From NCBI GenBank assembly GCA_951406725.2, contig OX597815.1:29016001-29080000 (forward strand): a DNA stretch of 64,000 nt, read 5' to 3'. Position 1 is the first letter of the stretch; the number at the start of each line of letters is the position of its first letter. Below the pieces are notes generated by a model. It did not search any database. It saw nothing but the letters and a program-made list of their open reading frames with translations, and was not told the DNA's origin. Of the stretch, positions 42,154-52,919 are shown one piece after another. Position numbers and translations under genes: made by a program. Source of the DNA: Octopus vulgaris. Its lineage: Eukaryota.

Positions 42154-42380
42154 CTGTGTATTTGTGTGTCTGTGTTTGTCCCCCCACCACCTCCACCAAC
42201 ATCGCTTGACAACCGATGCAAGTGTGTTTACGTCCCCGCAACTTAGCGGTTCGGCAGAGACCGATAGAATAAGTGCTAGGCTTACAAAGAATAAGTCCTG
42301 GAGTCGATTTGCTCGACTAAAGGCGGTGCTCCAGCATGGCCACAGTCAAATGACTGAAACAAGTAAAAGAGTAAAAGAGT
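41968..42380 (+). mobile_element. SINE family A copy
   Basis: Head to tail, ending in (GTAAAAGA)2. Confidence 0.9.
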
Positions 42381-42995
42381 ATAGTATAGAAGTACCGAAT
42401 CTCATCTTTATCTTCTTTCAGGTAACTTCTATAGTTGTTTATTCTTTAGTCAAGAGAATCGCCATTCAGGATATAAAATTCATATTTGGTTATGATGCTT
42501 TAGGTCACTAAGGTCGGCCACCAGAGTAGGCAGCCAACTCTATGGTTTTGGTTGACGAAAGTTAAACATACCTTTCATTTTCCGTAGAAAATTTCACTTA
42601 GATAATGAAAAAGCAAAAAGTTTCTTAAAGGTAACCCAGTAATAAAATAACGTAAAATATATCAGGTATGGGTCATGCATTCTGGGGAAGCGAGGGTATA
42701 ATAAGATGATGTGACCTCTCTACATAACTGCTGACAATTTTTCATAAGATTGTGTTAACAAACTGTGATATTTCGGTTTGTTTTCAATATCGCGTTAGTA
42801 AATGACAATTATTATGCCTAACTGACTTAGGCTCATTCAGTATCCCTAACCTACAACATTTGAGTTCCTATCTGTAATACAGCCGCATTAGACGGAGAGC
42901 AATTTTTTGATGCACTTAAAAATAAGACAACCGCGTCACTTATGTCAACAAATACAATATGTGTATGAGTGTATGTGTACATATACACACATAGC

Positions 42996-43428
42996 GGATC
43001 TTTTCGGTTTGAACGGCAGTTTTTAACATAATTTCTAGGTAACTAAAAAATTTTAAACTTCGTATACTGGTAGAATGTGTTTATAAAACATCTTTTTCTC
43101 TTGGCTTTATTGAGAAAATTCTATAGTTTGTAAGATATTTGTTGTTTTTTTTTCTTCAATTTCTGCAATTTCAACCAATCACTGTCGTCTATTGAGGTAA
43201 AAAAAACATTCTGTGCCGTATGAATATGTCCCTCGTTTAAGAAACAGATTGGGTTTATTTACATTTGTGAAGAAAAAAATACCCTTCCCCCCACCCCTAA
43301 CCTAACCCTAACTAACCCTAACCCTAAAACAGATTGAAATGCAATAGATCGATACTAGGGTCATAATTATGGGTGACAATTTCATATGACACCGCTAGAA
43401 AAAACTGCCGTTCAAACCGAAAAGATCC
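42996..43428. mobile_element. MITE with GG-ended TIRs and 8-bp TSD (Merlin-like), containing telomere-like repeats
   Basis: 29-bp TIR GGATCTTTTCGGTTTGAACGGCAGTTTTT at both ends; TSD CACATAGC at 42988-42995 and 43429-43436; internal CCCTAA-like array at ~43295-43327. Confidence 0.9.
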
Positions 43429-44047
43429 CACATAGCTATGTTTGTGTGTGTGTGTGGTGTGCAGCGTGAATTTGTTATGTTTCTGATGGAAACAAGGATT
43501 CGTTAATTTGACACGTGATCTTAGATTACATCGTATCTTTGAGGTCAAAGCTAAGGTGCTATTTTATCACTTTATCGAAGATCTGTTACCTATATCAGGC
43601 AGACAGTCCTAATCGGAAACACAAGCCATAATCTGACTTATTCTTGAGTTGGTAACTGGAGTGTGTATGTGTGTATGGGCGTGTGTGTATGGGCGTGTAT
43701 TTATGTGTGTGTGTATGCGGATGAGTGTGTTTGCGTCCCAAATCTGGACAAGTAGCATACCTATGACCTTTGCAGATTATTCGTGAGTTTGTATGTCAGC
43801 ATGTGCGTGAGAACATGCGGATGGTGAAGGCTTATGATGAGTAAATGGAGAAAGTGTGTAATACAAAGAGAGAAACAGAGATGATCATGTCTTCCGTGAC
43901 GGAGAAAATGTAGGAGAGAGAAATGAAGAAATGTCCAGAAAACACTTAACTGACGCGCAATTCATAAACTTGAGTGTGTTTGAACGTATGTGTGTGTGTG
44001 TGTGTATACTACATGTCCATATATACATATGCATGAATGTATACATG

Positions 44048-44095
<48 letters not shown>

Positions 44096-44309
44096 CGAAA
44101 CAGGCATTGAGTCGAAACAGGGGCAGCTGATGAAGGGGAATATTCCTTGTATTGTTTGTCTTGTACTGTTTTTTCGTTGTTAAAAAAAGTCCGTTTCCTT
44201 GTTTGATTTTATGTTTTCGTTTCTCGTTGTGTTCTACGTTTATTTGTGGTGTCCTGTACTCATATTTATATATATGCATGTATATATACATATGGATGTA
44301 GGTATGTAC

Positions 44310-44342
<33 letters not shown>

Positions 44343-44372
44343 TGTATGCATATGTTTTATTTATTAAATTGT

Positions 44373-44436
<64 letters not shown>

Positions 44437-44526
44437 TGTATATGTAGATGGATACATATACTTATACACGCACACACACACCAGTATTACATGTTTGTAT
44501 GTGTATATATATATATAAGCTATAAA

Positions 44527-44612
44527 GTAGATTTCCCGTACGCGTAGGACTCGAACCCACATCTCTCAGTTTACGCGACCGAGTGTGCTACCGATTACAC
44601 TACCGAATCTAC
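44527..44612 (-). ncRNA. tRNA-like Pol III cassette (not a canonical tRNA)
   Basis: TAGTGTAATCGGTAGCAC D-arm/A box; CTCGG/CTGAG stem with 9-nt loop; GTGGG-TTCGAGT-CCTAC T-arm/B box; outer GTAGATT/AATCTAC pairing; followed by TTT. Confidence 0.65.
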
Positions 44613-45011
44613 CTGCCTTATTTTTTTTCGTCATATTTAAGAATTATAATTAGTTTGTAGTTGTTTTTGTAAACATACTGTAATGTGCTTTTATTGAGAA
44701 TGGTTTTGTTAAGCAGTGCCGATTTTTACAATTCTGTCAATAATAATAATAATAGCATTTTATAAGCTTAAAGCTTGTAGCGATCACTGCGGAATGACTA
44801 AAGAAAGTCTAATAATGGAGCATATAAGCCCTCTACAGAAAAAAAGAGGTTTTCCCGTACGCGTTGGGCCTCGAATATTATTATTATTATTTACAGGAAT
44901 GTCAGAATCGGCACTGCTTAACAAAACCATTCGCAGTAAAAGCACATGAAAGTTTATTTACAAAAACAACTACAAATTAATTATAGCTTTTAAATTTCAC
45001 GGAAAACTGTT

Positions 45012-45098
45012 GTAGGTTCGCTAGTATAATCGGTAGCACACTTGGTCGCGTAAAAAGAGAAGTAAGGGTTCGAGTCCCACGCGTACGGAAAAATCTAC
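45012..45098 (+). ncRNA. tRNA-like Pol III cassette, inverted sister copy
   Basis: TAGTATAATCGGTAGCAC...GGGTTCGAGTCCCAC...AATCTAC followed by a T run. Confidence 0.6.
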
Positions 45099-45203
45099 TT
45101 TTATTTTTTGTTGAGCGGGATTTATATGCTTCATTATTAAACTATTTTCTTTAGTTATTGCGCGGTAATCGCTTTAAGCTTATAAAATACTATTATCATT
45201 ATT

Positions 45204-45446
45204 TTTTTTCGCCCTTTTAAAGCCTAGCCAGGCTCAAGGGCTCGGTTTCCCGGTTTCTATGGCGTATGTGTTCCCCAGCTAGACGGGACGCCAGTCCATC
45301 GCAGCGTTACTCATTTTTGCCAGCTGAGTGGACTGGAACAACGTGAAAGAAGTGTTTTGCTCAAGAACACAGCGCGTCGCCCGGTCCAGGAATCGAAACC
45401 ACAATCTTATAATCATGGTGCTGACAACCTAACCACTAAGCCACGC
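45204..45446 (-). mobile_element. SINE family C copy
   Basis: Reverse complement of 9773-10010; inserted at the (ATT)n junction of the tandem unit. Confidence 0.87.
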
Positions 45447-46384
45447 AGAATTGTAAAAATCGGCACTGCTTAACAAAACCATTCGCATATATATATATAT
45501 ATAGTCTTAAAAGTGACAAGTTTTAAAAGCACAAAGTCCGTCCATTTAGAATAACTAACTCAAAATTAGAAATCTAAGTGCCAAAAGTTTAGTCCGACGA
45601 AACATCTTTCGTTTCATCGGAATGCCGCGTTTTTATTATCTTGTCTTTGTTATTGTTATTTAATTTTTTTTTGCTTCTATTTTCCAAGGTAAAATGTCGC
45701 CATCTTTCATCAATGCTCAATCGTTCTCTCCATGGAAAGTTTTACACCGGAAGTTGAATGGTGTGTTACCTGCACTTTGTTTTCTTCACCTTTTGTATTT
45801 TCACGGAACTAAGGCAGGTAAGGTTTTACATTTCATTTTCATTTTCATTTTCAATACTAATGTTTACATTCTTGCAATAGTTTCATCTCTTACGTTACAT
45901 TGCAGGATCCCCACTTCTAACAGTGGTATAGTGTCACAATTTTTTTTCTTTTTTTTTTTTTTGGCAGTGAACAATTTATTATGTCGAGCATAGACAAAGA
46001 AAACACAACCTGTACTTGGCAGAAGTTTTCAATCAGAAATAACGAAACTGTCAACTCTAAAAACTCCACGATCCGCTTTTTGTATAGTGTGTGTGTGTAA
46101 TGTGATCTGCCGATTTCTCTGTCATAGTATTTATAGTTTTACTATGTTATTTATAGTACTAATGAGTTATCTATCGATTTATTTAGCTTCTTCAAATCGC
46201 CGTTCTCTTCTCTTTAATTGACCGTCTATTATCCATTTACCCAGCCATCTATTTTAGTAATTTTGTGTGCGTCCGTGCATGTGTGTAAGTAAACGATGCG
46301 GTGTGCGTATGTGAATATGTGTATGTATGAATGTATACTTACTTATCTGCACTTAGTCCCTGTTTATATATCACTTTCTCACTC

Positions 46385-46426
<42 letters not shown>

Positions 46427-47061
46427 ACTTTCTCTCTCCCTCTCCCTCCCTCTCTCTCTCTCTCTCTCTCTGTACTTATGTGTGTATGTATGTATGTATG
46501 TATGTATGTATGTATGTATGTATGCATGCATGAATAATTGTGCTCGTATGTATGAGTATAATTGTTTCCGTCATTGAACTGTGCCTATGTTGGTATATCT
46601 ACAAAATACAGAGCTTTTTTAACGTGAACACACACACATACACACACACACAGAGACAGACACACACGCACGCACGCACACACACACACACACACACGCA
46701 CACACACACACACAAAACACACACACACACCAGCTGGTTTGTTTGACTGCTAATTGCATGGATAATATCAATTAGTTGAAGTTTATCTCCTCCCTGTACA
46801 TCTATCTTCGGTTATCGTTAATTCATTCATCACTGATCTGGGATAACACGGTACGCTAATTATGAACCGTGTTACGCTTACCACGAATTGATTTGTGATA
46901 ACGCGGGTCAGCGATCATCAAAGCTCCGCTTGGGCAGCGAAAACGCGCCCCAGCGACGATTCACAATGTTTAGGACAATTTGGGATGTCGGCACGAATCC
47001 TGTTTTTCCCATATGTTCAATTATTCCTTTATCACTGATTCGTTTAAGACGGTATATTTTT

Positions 47062-47230
47062 AAGCTTGCTTCCTAACCATATGGTTCCGGGTTCAGTCCC
47101 AATGCATGGCACCTTGCGCAAGTATCTTTTATTGTAGCCTCGAGCCGACCAAAGCTTTGTGAGTGGATTTGGTAGACGAAAACTGAAAGAAGCCCGTCGG
47201 ATATATATATATTCGTGTGCGTGTGTGAGT

Positions 47231-47276
<46 letters not shown>

Positions 47277-47467
47277 TTGTCCCACCACCATCGCTTGACA
47301 ACTAATGTTGGTGTGTTCATGTCCCCGTAACTTAGAGGTTCGGCAAAAGAAACCGATTGAATAAGACCCAGGCTTGCAAAGAATAATTCCTGGGGTCGAT
47401 TTGTTTGACTAAAAGCGGTGCTCCAGCATGGCCGCAGTCAAATTACTGAAACAAATAAAAGAATAAA
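47062..47467 (+). mobile_element. SINE family A copy (5'-clipped)
   Basis: AGCTTGCTTCCTAACCATATGGTTCCGGGTTCAGTCCC through the tail. Confidence 0.87.
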
Positions 47468-47595
47468 TCCGTGATAAACGAGGGTAGATAGATGTATTCA
47501 CATGTGCGACTACTGAAATCATTTTCAGTAAACAATACATTCTGCTGAGTTTGCTGAGTTTTGGTATTTATAATCACCATATCACTACATTGCTT

Positions 47596-47659
<64 letters not shown>

Positions 47660-47742
47660 GGCCATACTCAATCTTACTGACGATGTAACGCACGTTTCAT
47701 AAAATCCAAACGTATTTAAAGACCAGATTCAATCTGCATTTC

Positions 47743-47975
47743 TACTCTTTTGCTCTTTTTTTACTCTTTTACTTGTTTCAGTCATTTGACTGTGGCCATG
47801 CTGGAGCACCGCCTTTAGTCGAAGAAATCGACCCCAGGACTTATTCTTTGTAAGCCTAGTACTTATTCTATCGGTCTCTTTTGCCGAAACGCTAAGATAC
47901 GGGGACGTAAACACACCAGCATCGGTTGTCAAGCGATGTTGGGGGGACAAACACAGACAAACAAACATATACAGA

Positions 47976-48035
<60 letters not shown>

Positions 48036-48182
48036 CGATGGGCTTCTTTAAGTTTCTGTCTACCAAATCAACTCACAAGGCTTTGGTGGGCCCGAAGCTA
48101 TAGTAGAAGACACTTGAACAAGGTGCCACTTAGTGCGACTGAACCCGGAAACATGTGGTCGGTAAGCAAGCTACTTACCACA
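47743..48182 (-). mobile_element. SINE family A copy
   Basis: Reverse-complement match; tail-to-tail with the previous copy. Confidence 0.88.
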
Positions 48183-48369
48183 TATTTTCCATAATTTTCT
48201 TTTAACTAATTTTGTTGGAGCTATCTTCGTTATTTGTTGTTGTTGTTGTTGTTGTTGTTGTTAACACCATTAGAAGGAATCTCAAGTTACTGACTGTATG
48301 GATAATCTTAGAAAAATTTTCAACTCACTGTATTACATTTGAGATCTCCGGACAAATTTTCCATAGACA

Positions 48370-48665
48370 CAAGCCTGGCTGAGTGGTTAAGAAGTTCGCT
48401 TTGCAGCCACGTGGTTTCAGGTTCAGTCCTTCCACTGCATGACACCTTGGACAAGTGTCTTCTACTAAAGTCCTGAGCCGATCAATTTGATTGATTGATG
48501 GAAACTGTATGGAAGCTTGTCGTATAATTTTTTGTATATTTGTGTTTGTTCCCCCACCACCGCTTGAAACTGATGTTAGTTTGTTTACGTTCTCGGAAAA
48601 AGTCGACGGTAGAATAAGCGCCAGGCCTGAAATAGTACTTGTGTCGATCTGTTCTAGTAAGCCTT
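48370..48665 (+). mobile_element. Old SINE family A copy interrupted by a MITE
   Basis: GGCTGAGTGGTTAAG...ACCTTGGACAAGTGTCTTCTAC; tail remnant GAAACAAGTA resumes near 49085. Confidence 0.7.
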
Positions 48666-48668
48666 TCA

Positions 48669-49071
48669 GGATCTTTTCTGTTGGGCTGCACAAGTGGAAA
48701 TTTCAAAGTTTATTGAAAATTTTAAAATTTGGTGTATTAATGTAGATTTCCAAGCTGAATCTCGGGAGATATTTCACTTTTTTTCCAGAAAATGTTTTTA
48801 AAAAGTTATAGAGGTTTAAAGTTTGATCATTTTTACCCAGTCAGAAAACAGAATTTGGAAGCTGTCATTTTGCACTTGACAGCACGAGTTCTCAACATTC
48901 TGAAAATAGCACATGTTTTAATATGAAACTGTAAATAAATCAACTGCTTTACGCACGGCATATAACCCCTCATAACTTTAGCATATAAAACTACATCATT
49001 ACACCGAATATGAAATCAATTGGAACAGAAATTGAAGAGATTGAGAATTGGCAGCGAAACAGAAAAGATCC
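48669..49071. mobile_element. MITE with GG-ended TIRs and 8-bp TSD (Merlin-like)
   Basis: TIRs GGATCTTTTCTGTTGGGCTGC and GCAGCGAAACAGAAAAGATCC; TSD GCCTTTCA (48661-48668) vs GCCCTTCA (49072-49079). Confidence 0.8.
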
Positions 49072-49276
49072 GCCCTTCAAGGTTGAAACAAGTATGATAA
49101 AGAATAAATATTATTATATTACAAAGAAAATACATATCACAGCATACAGAAGACATTAAGAGTTTCCATAATAAATATGAGAGTCCTAGGAGCATCTAAA
49201 CACACCAGACACATCCATATCACATTCACCGCTTCTTTTTCTTTACTCACATGATTGCCATACAACCAGATACACT

Positions 49277-49813
<537 letters not shown>

Positions 49814-49901
49814 TAACTTAGAATAACTTAGAAAGGTTTTTGGCCAGTATTGGCCCAGGCCATGTCTAACTTAATAGCACCACCTGGCGAAGTCTTTCAG
49901 T

Positions 49902-52900
49902 TCAGGATTTGGGCACCAAGGCCCATTCGAGCAGAGAGTTATTGTTTGCGGAGACATATCCGGGTGTGGATGGTTTGTCCGGTACTGTTTGAAGGAATTT
50001 GTCCAAAGACTTCTTGAATTTTGTGTGGTCAGTTTCTTTTTTGACGTGTCCTGGTGTAATGTTGAAGAGAGCGGGTCCAATTGAGGTGAAATAGTTGTGC
50101 CGTATTGTCGTTATGTGATGCGATTTAGATTTTTGTTGTGGACGGATGGCACGTGGTCCAAGCCTTGGATGCATTTTGAAGGTGATGCCAACATCATTCG
50201 GACAGTGCTGATGGAATATTTTCCACATCATACAGATAATGTAGCGTTCACGGCGTCGTTGGAGTGAATACAATTTCAGCTTCTCTAGTCTACCCCAGTA
50301 GTCAAGGTCTGACATGCCATCTATCTTTTTTGTGATTGACCTTTGGGGAGCTTCAATTCTCATAATATTTTGTTTTGTGTAGGGAGACCACAGTGGACAG
50401 CAGTATTCAAGGTGGGGTCGGGCAAAAGTGGAGAAGAGAAGGATAATAGCGTGGGAATCTCTCGACTGGAAGGTTCTGAGAATCCAGGAACACATTCTGC
50501 GGGCCATGTCAACTTTGCTGCTTATATGTGTAGCCCAGCTTATGTTGTTGTCCACTGTTACTCCCAGGTCTCTGATGTTGTTGGATGCCATGAGAATTTC
50601 TCCAGAAGGAAGAGAGTATGGGAGTTTCAGAGCGTCCTCCCTTCCAAAGTGGATCAGTTCGAATTTGTCTTCATTTAGCAACATGTTATTCTTTTCCGCC
50701 CATTGGACAACAGCTAGTAGGTCTGACTGAAGGTTTATTCGGTCATCCACGCCATTGATGACCTTCTGGAGCTTGGAATCATCAGCGAAGGTTCTGATGT
50801 TGCTGTGTTTGATGGTGTCAGTAATATCATTTATGTAGATGATGAAGAGAAGTGGGCCCAACACAGTGCCTTGTGGGACACCACTGCTGACTTTGGCTGG
50901 GCTGGATTTGACTCCTTCGACTACAACATGTTGGGTTCTGTTAGAGAGGAAGCACTTGATCCATTGCAGCAGCTTTCCAGTGACACCAATATTGGACAGC
51001 TTTCTCAGAAGGATCTTATGATCAACCCTGTCAAAGGCCTTGCTGAAATCAAGGTAGATGACATCAGTGTTGGAACCCTCTCCCAAGGCTCTCAAAATGT
51101 CATCAAAATGATGCAGTAGCTGCGTCAGGCAATCTCTCCCATTACGGAATCCATGCTGGTTGGGGTTCAGCATATTATGACTCTCAAGGAAGTGAGTCAT
51201 ACGCGATCTCAGCACCCTCTCAAATACCTTGATGATATGAGAGGTGAGTGAGATTGGACGGTAATTCACGGCAAGCGATTTGTTTCCTTTTTTGAAAACT
51301 GGGACAACAGACTGGGATAGAAGGTCTTCTGGTATATATCCAGCATCCAATGAGTTCCGCCACAGATTGGCTAGAGGGGGTGCAAGTTGGTTTTGACACA
51401 TCTTCAAGACACAAGCAGGGAACCTATCGGGACCTACTGCTGAATTATGCTTCATTTCCTTTATTGCTGCTAAGACATCAGGAGCGCCAAATGTTATGTC
51501 CGATAAAGTGTATTGGGGAGTAACATCACTGATACAGCCCAGATCAGTCATATCAGGATTGTTGAAAACAGAGCAATATTGTTTCTGCAATATTTCTCCC
51601 ATGGTTTTGGCATTGTCTTGAAGAATACCATTTTCATCAATCAGAGGGCCAACAGTAGAACCAGTGACTCTGTGTTTTTTTGCAAATGAAAAGAACACTT
51701 TGGGATTGAGTTTGATCTTCTCAATGGCCCAGGCCTCTTCAGCTCTTCGCTGACTATTGATGATAGACATCATGTTGTTTTGGAGTTTATGTTTTTTAAT
51801 CTCTAGCGACGAGATGGCAGTCAGGTTGGTGTGTTGCTGTTGACAGTATTTCAGCATGTTGATCTTTTTGTTGATTCTTTTAATTTTCCTTATGAGAGAT
51901 TTTCTATTTCTAGGGATTCGACACTTAGATTTGTTTGCAGATCTTAATGGGGTGTGTCTTGCACATATGTTCGTGATGGTGTCTACAAGTGACTGCCAGG
52001 ACTTTTTGATGTTAGTGGGTGTGTATGTGTGCGTGAAGGACCAATCGACTTGTGCAAGATCATTATTGATCGCTTCCCAGTTTGCATTGTGGAAATCCAT
52101 AGTGTCAAATGGATGAACAGGAGGGATGACATTTGTTTTGCATTTTGGCCAGTGAAATCTCAGATCACAGAGAACCATGTCATGGTCGGAGAGTAGGGTT
52201 TTCTCCACTGCAATATTGTGGATAGTATCAGTGTGATTGCTGAAAATTAAGTCTAAGACGTTTTTGTGACATCTCGTTGGTTCGAGTACCAGTTGGGACA
52301 AGAAGAAGTCATCCATGAAGTCAAGAAGCGATTCCACTGCCTCCCTGTCAGGGGTTGAGAGAGAAGAACCTGGCGGCAGACTGTTTGTAGACCAGTCAAC
52401 CCCGGGAAGGTTGAAATCTCCCATCATTAAAATGTTGTCAGGTTGACACTGCTGAATGAAACACTTTATGCTGTTGAGGCATTCCTTGAAGCATGGTAGG
52501 GGCGTTTGGGGTGGTCTGTAGAGCCCAACTACTGTTAAGTTGTTGGTTTGACTGAATACAGCGACTGCTTCGCAGTATCCATTCGAAAATATGTTCATGG
52601 CTTCTGTTGAGAATGAATCATGGACATAAATGGCAGTCCCACCCTTTCTTCTGCCAACACGATCAGCACGAATGGTTTTGAAATTTTTAACTTTCACCTC
52701 GGCTTCCAAGTGGAGGTCACTAAGATGGGTTTCAGTGAGGACGAAGAAAGGGATGTGGTTTGGATGGGCCTCGACCCAGTCCTCCAGGAATTTTATCTTC
52801 CATTTTTGTGTATTGGTGGAAGGGCTGATGCCTTGGGCATTAAGCAGAAATGTTGAGGCGAGAGTGGATGGTTTTAATTGTTTTGGTGATTTGTTAATTT

Positions 52901-52919
52901 GATTGCTTTTTAATGGCAT
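49902..52919 (-). CDS. LINE ORF2: AP endonuclease plus reverse transcriptase (1005 aa)
   Basis: APE motifs LLNAQG, LTETHL, GLYRPP, MGDFNLP, LDLIF, SDH. RT motifs NYRPISLTS, QHGFR, YLDFSKAFDRVDH, GVPQGTVLGPLLF, FADD. CR1-type C-terminus RPHLEYCCPLWSP...LYSLQRRRERY. Confidence 0.97.
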   Translation of the reverse strand: MPLKSNQINKSPKQLKPSTLASTFLLNAQGISPSTNTQKWKIKFLEDWVEAHPNHIPFFVLTETHLSDLHLEAEVKVKNFKTIRADRVGRRKGGTAIYVHDSFSTEAMNIFSNGYCEAVAVFSQTNNLTVVGLYRPPQTPLPCFKECLNSIKCFIQQCQPDNILMMGDFNLPGVDWSTNSLPPGSSLSTPDREAVESLLDFMDDFFLSQLVLEPTRCHKNVLDLIFSNHTDTIHNIAVEKTLLSDHDMVLCDLRFHWPKCKTNVIPPVHPFDTMDFHNANWEAINNDLAQVDWSFTHTYTPTNIKKSWQSLVDTITNICARHTPLRSANKSKCRIPRNRKSLIRKIKRINKKINMLKYCQQQHTNLTAISSLEIKKHKLQNNMMSIINSQRRAEEAWAIEKIKLNPKVFFSFAKKHRVTGSTVGPLIDENGILQDNAKTMGEILQKQYCSVFNNPDMTDLGCISDVTPQYTLSDITFGAPDVLAAIKEMKHNSAVGPDRFPACVLKMCQNQLAPPLANLWRNSLDAGYIPEDLLSQSVVPVFKKGNKSLAVNYRPISLTSHIIKVFERVLRSRMTHFLESHNMLNPNQHGFRNGRDCLTQLLHHFDDILRALGEGSNTDVIYLDFSKAFDRVDHKILLRKLSNIGVTGKLLQWIKCFLSNRTQHVVVEGVKSSPAKVSSGVPQGTVLGPLLFIIYINDITDTIKHSNIRTFADDSKLQKVINGVDDRINLQSDLLAVVQWAEKNNMLLNEDKFELIHFGREDALKLPYSLPSGEILMASNNIRDLGVTVDNNISWATHISSKVDMARRMCSWILRTFQSRDSHAIILLFSTFARPHLEYCCPLWSPYTKQNIMRIEAPQRSITKKIDGMSDLDYWGRLEKLKLYSLQRRRERYIICMMWKIFHQHCPNDVGITFKMHPRLGPRAIRPQQKSKSHHITTIRHNYFTSIGPALFNITPGHVKKETDHTKFKKSLDKFLQTVPDKPSTPGYVSANNNSLLEWALVPKS

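Larger units (their letters stand above)
44524..45486. mobile_element. Inverted and tandem ~319-bp unit containing a tRNA-like core
   Basis: Minus-strand run 44524-44875 and plus-strand run 44876-45486 of the same circularly permuted unit (e.g. AATCGGCACTGCTTAACAAAACCATTC occurs three times); (TA)n on both sides. Confidence 0.8.

Noticed and set aside
43295-43327. True telomere or chromosome fusion site
   Set aside because: Short, degenerate and enclosed by MITE TIRs and TSD.
44527-44612. Functional tRNA gene
   Set aside because: 9-nt anticodon loop and non-standard acceptor geometry; embedded in a repeat unit. Reported as tRNA-like only.
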